Positions 16,160 to 16,659 of a DNA stretch of 16,659 bases are shown here, in pieces (position 1 is the first letter of the stretch; each line of letters opens with the position of its first letter). This DNA is from Candidatus Methylomirabilota bacterium (lineage in GTDB: Bacteria > Methylomirabilota > Methylomirabilia > Rokubacteriales > CSP1-6): positions 1-16,659 of the forward strand of contig JBKPAK010000036.1 of assembly GCA_046726415.1 (NCBI GenBank). The letters run 5' to 3'. The translations under genes and the position numbers were made by a program. The notes beneath the pieces were generated by a model. It had not been told where the DNA came from. It did no database searches and was given only the letters and a program-made list of their open reading frames with translations.

Positions 16160-16394
16160 TCACCGCGTCCGGCGAGCCGCGTCCCCAGCGCCGTCTAGCC
16201 CGAGGTTGAGATATGGCTCCCCGCGCAGATCGGGAATCAGCCAGCGTCCATGTTCGAGGATGTCGCGGGCCAAGAGCATGTATCGCGCCTCGTTCGGGTC
16301 CCAGATCGGCGCCCGGCCGGCGTCAATGCGATGACGAGCGCGGCGGCCACCAGGACCGCGGCGAGGGCGAGGCGCGCGGGGAGAGGATGGACAT
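16160..16394 (-). pseudogene. Frameshifted, truncated 5' fragment of an ArnT/GT39-GT83 family lipid-carrier glycosyltransferase
   Basis: Restoring two single-base deletions (C run at ~16378-16381; ttg^ac at ~16323) gives MSILSPARLALAAVLVAAALVIALDAGRAPIWDPNEARYMLLARDILEHGRWLIPDLRGEPYLN. This matches the ArnT-type N-terminal pattern xWDxDExRY...ARxM...GxWxxPxLxGxPYxxKPP. Similarity stops at ~16205 and the stop is at 16160-16162. Confidence 0.8.
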
Positions 16395-16559
16395 GATCGT
16401 GGAGTGTATGCGCGTAGACTAGAATCGTCGACCGAGCGATGCGGACTCGTCGTCGTCCCCGGGCTCGCGATTGGCGCGGTTTTGACTTGCTGGCCCAGGG
16501 CAGGCGCATAGGATGAACGAGTGAGCGTTCACGTGACGCAGGGGTCGAGCGGAGAATCG

Positions 16560-16659
16560 ATGGAGAGGCGGCTCGGCGAGGTGTCCCCATCGCACGACGG
16601 CGGGCGGGACGGGGCCGCCGAGGTGGCGGTGTCGGTGATTCTGCCCGTGTACAACGAAG
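16560..16659 (+). CDS. GT2-family glycosyltransferase, 3'-truncated by the window edge
   Basis: GGAG (16551-16554) precedes ATG 16560. Translation ends ...EVAVSVILPVYNE, the canonical GT2 N-terminal motif. An in-frame GTG at 16521 is an alternative start. Confidence 0.8.
   Translation, partial: MERRLGEVSPSHDGGRDGAAEVAVSVILPVYNE

Noticed and set aside
16471-16514. Sigma54 (TGGCGCG...TTG) or sigma70 (TTGACT/TAGGAT) promoter for the terminal GT2
   Set aside because: The spacing is wrong in both cases: the -24/-12 is one base short and lacks GC, and the -35/-10 spacer is 21 nt.
16237-16590. 117-aa minus-strand ORF as a real gene
   Set aside because: Only its hydrophobic middle is meaningful, and it belongs to the frameshifted ArnT-like relic.

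Overview
GC-rich bacterial DNA in three parts. (1) ~1-10350 is a surface-polysaccharide (O-antigen/S-layer glycan-type) locus: a 5'-truncated GT4, a tandem double SAM-methyltransferase, a methyltransferase with a long, internally duplicated coiled coil (WbdD-like architecture), an antisense GT2, a third methyltransferase gene, a double-GT4 fusion, and a convergent wzm-wzt ABC exporter whose Wzt lacks a C-terminal carbohydrate-binding domain. (2) ~10350-13000 is an accessory stretch of small hypothetical genes (two secreted Cys-containing proteins, a small membrane protein, a CxxC protein), a strong hairpin and a multiply disrupted membrane-protein pseudogene. (3) ~13000-16659 holds an orphan livH-type permease, an OmpR/PhoB-like direct-repeat box, a KimA/YdaO-like APC permease, a frameshifted and truncated ArnT/GT39-like pseudogene missed by the ORF track, and the start of another GT2. 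No rRNA, tRNA, CRISPR array or transposase was recognised. The best candidate for a novel system is the methyltransferase-rich glycan pathway with a repeat-expanded coiled-coil 'ruler' and a Wzt without a carbohydrate-binding domain. All family calls come from motif recognition by eye, not from database searches.
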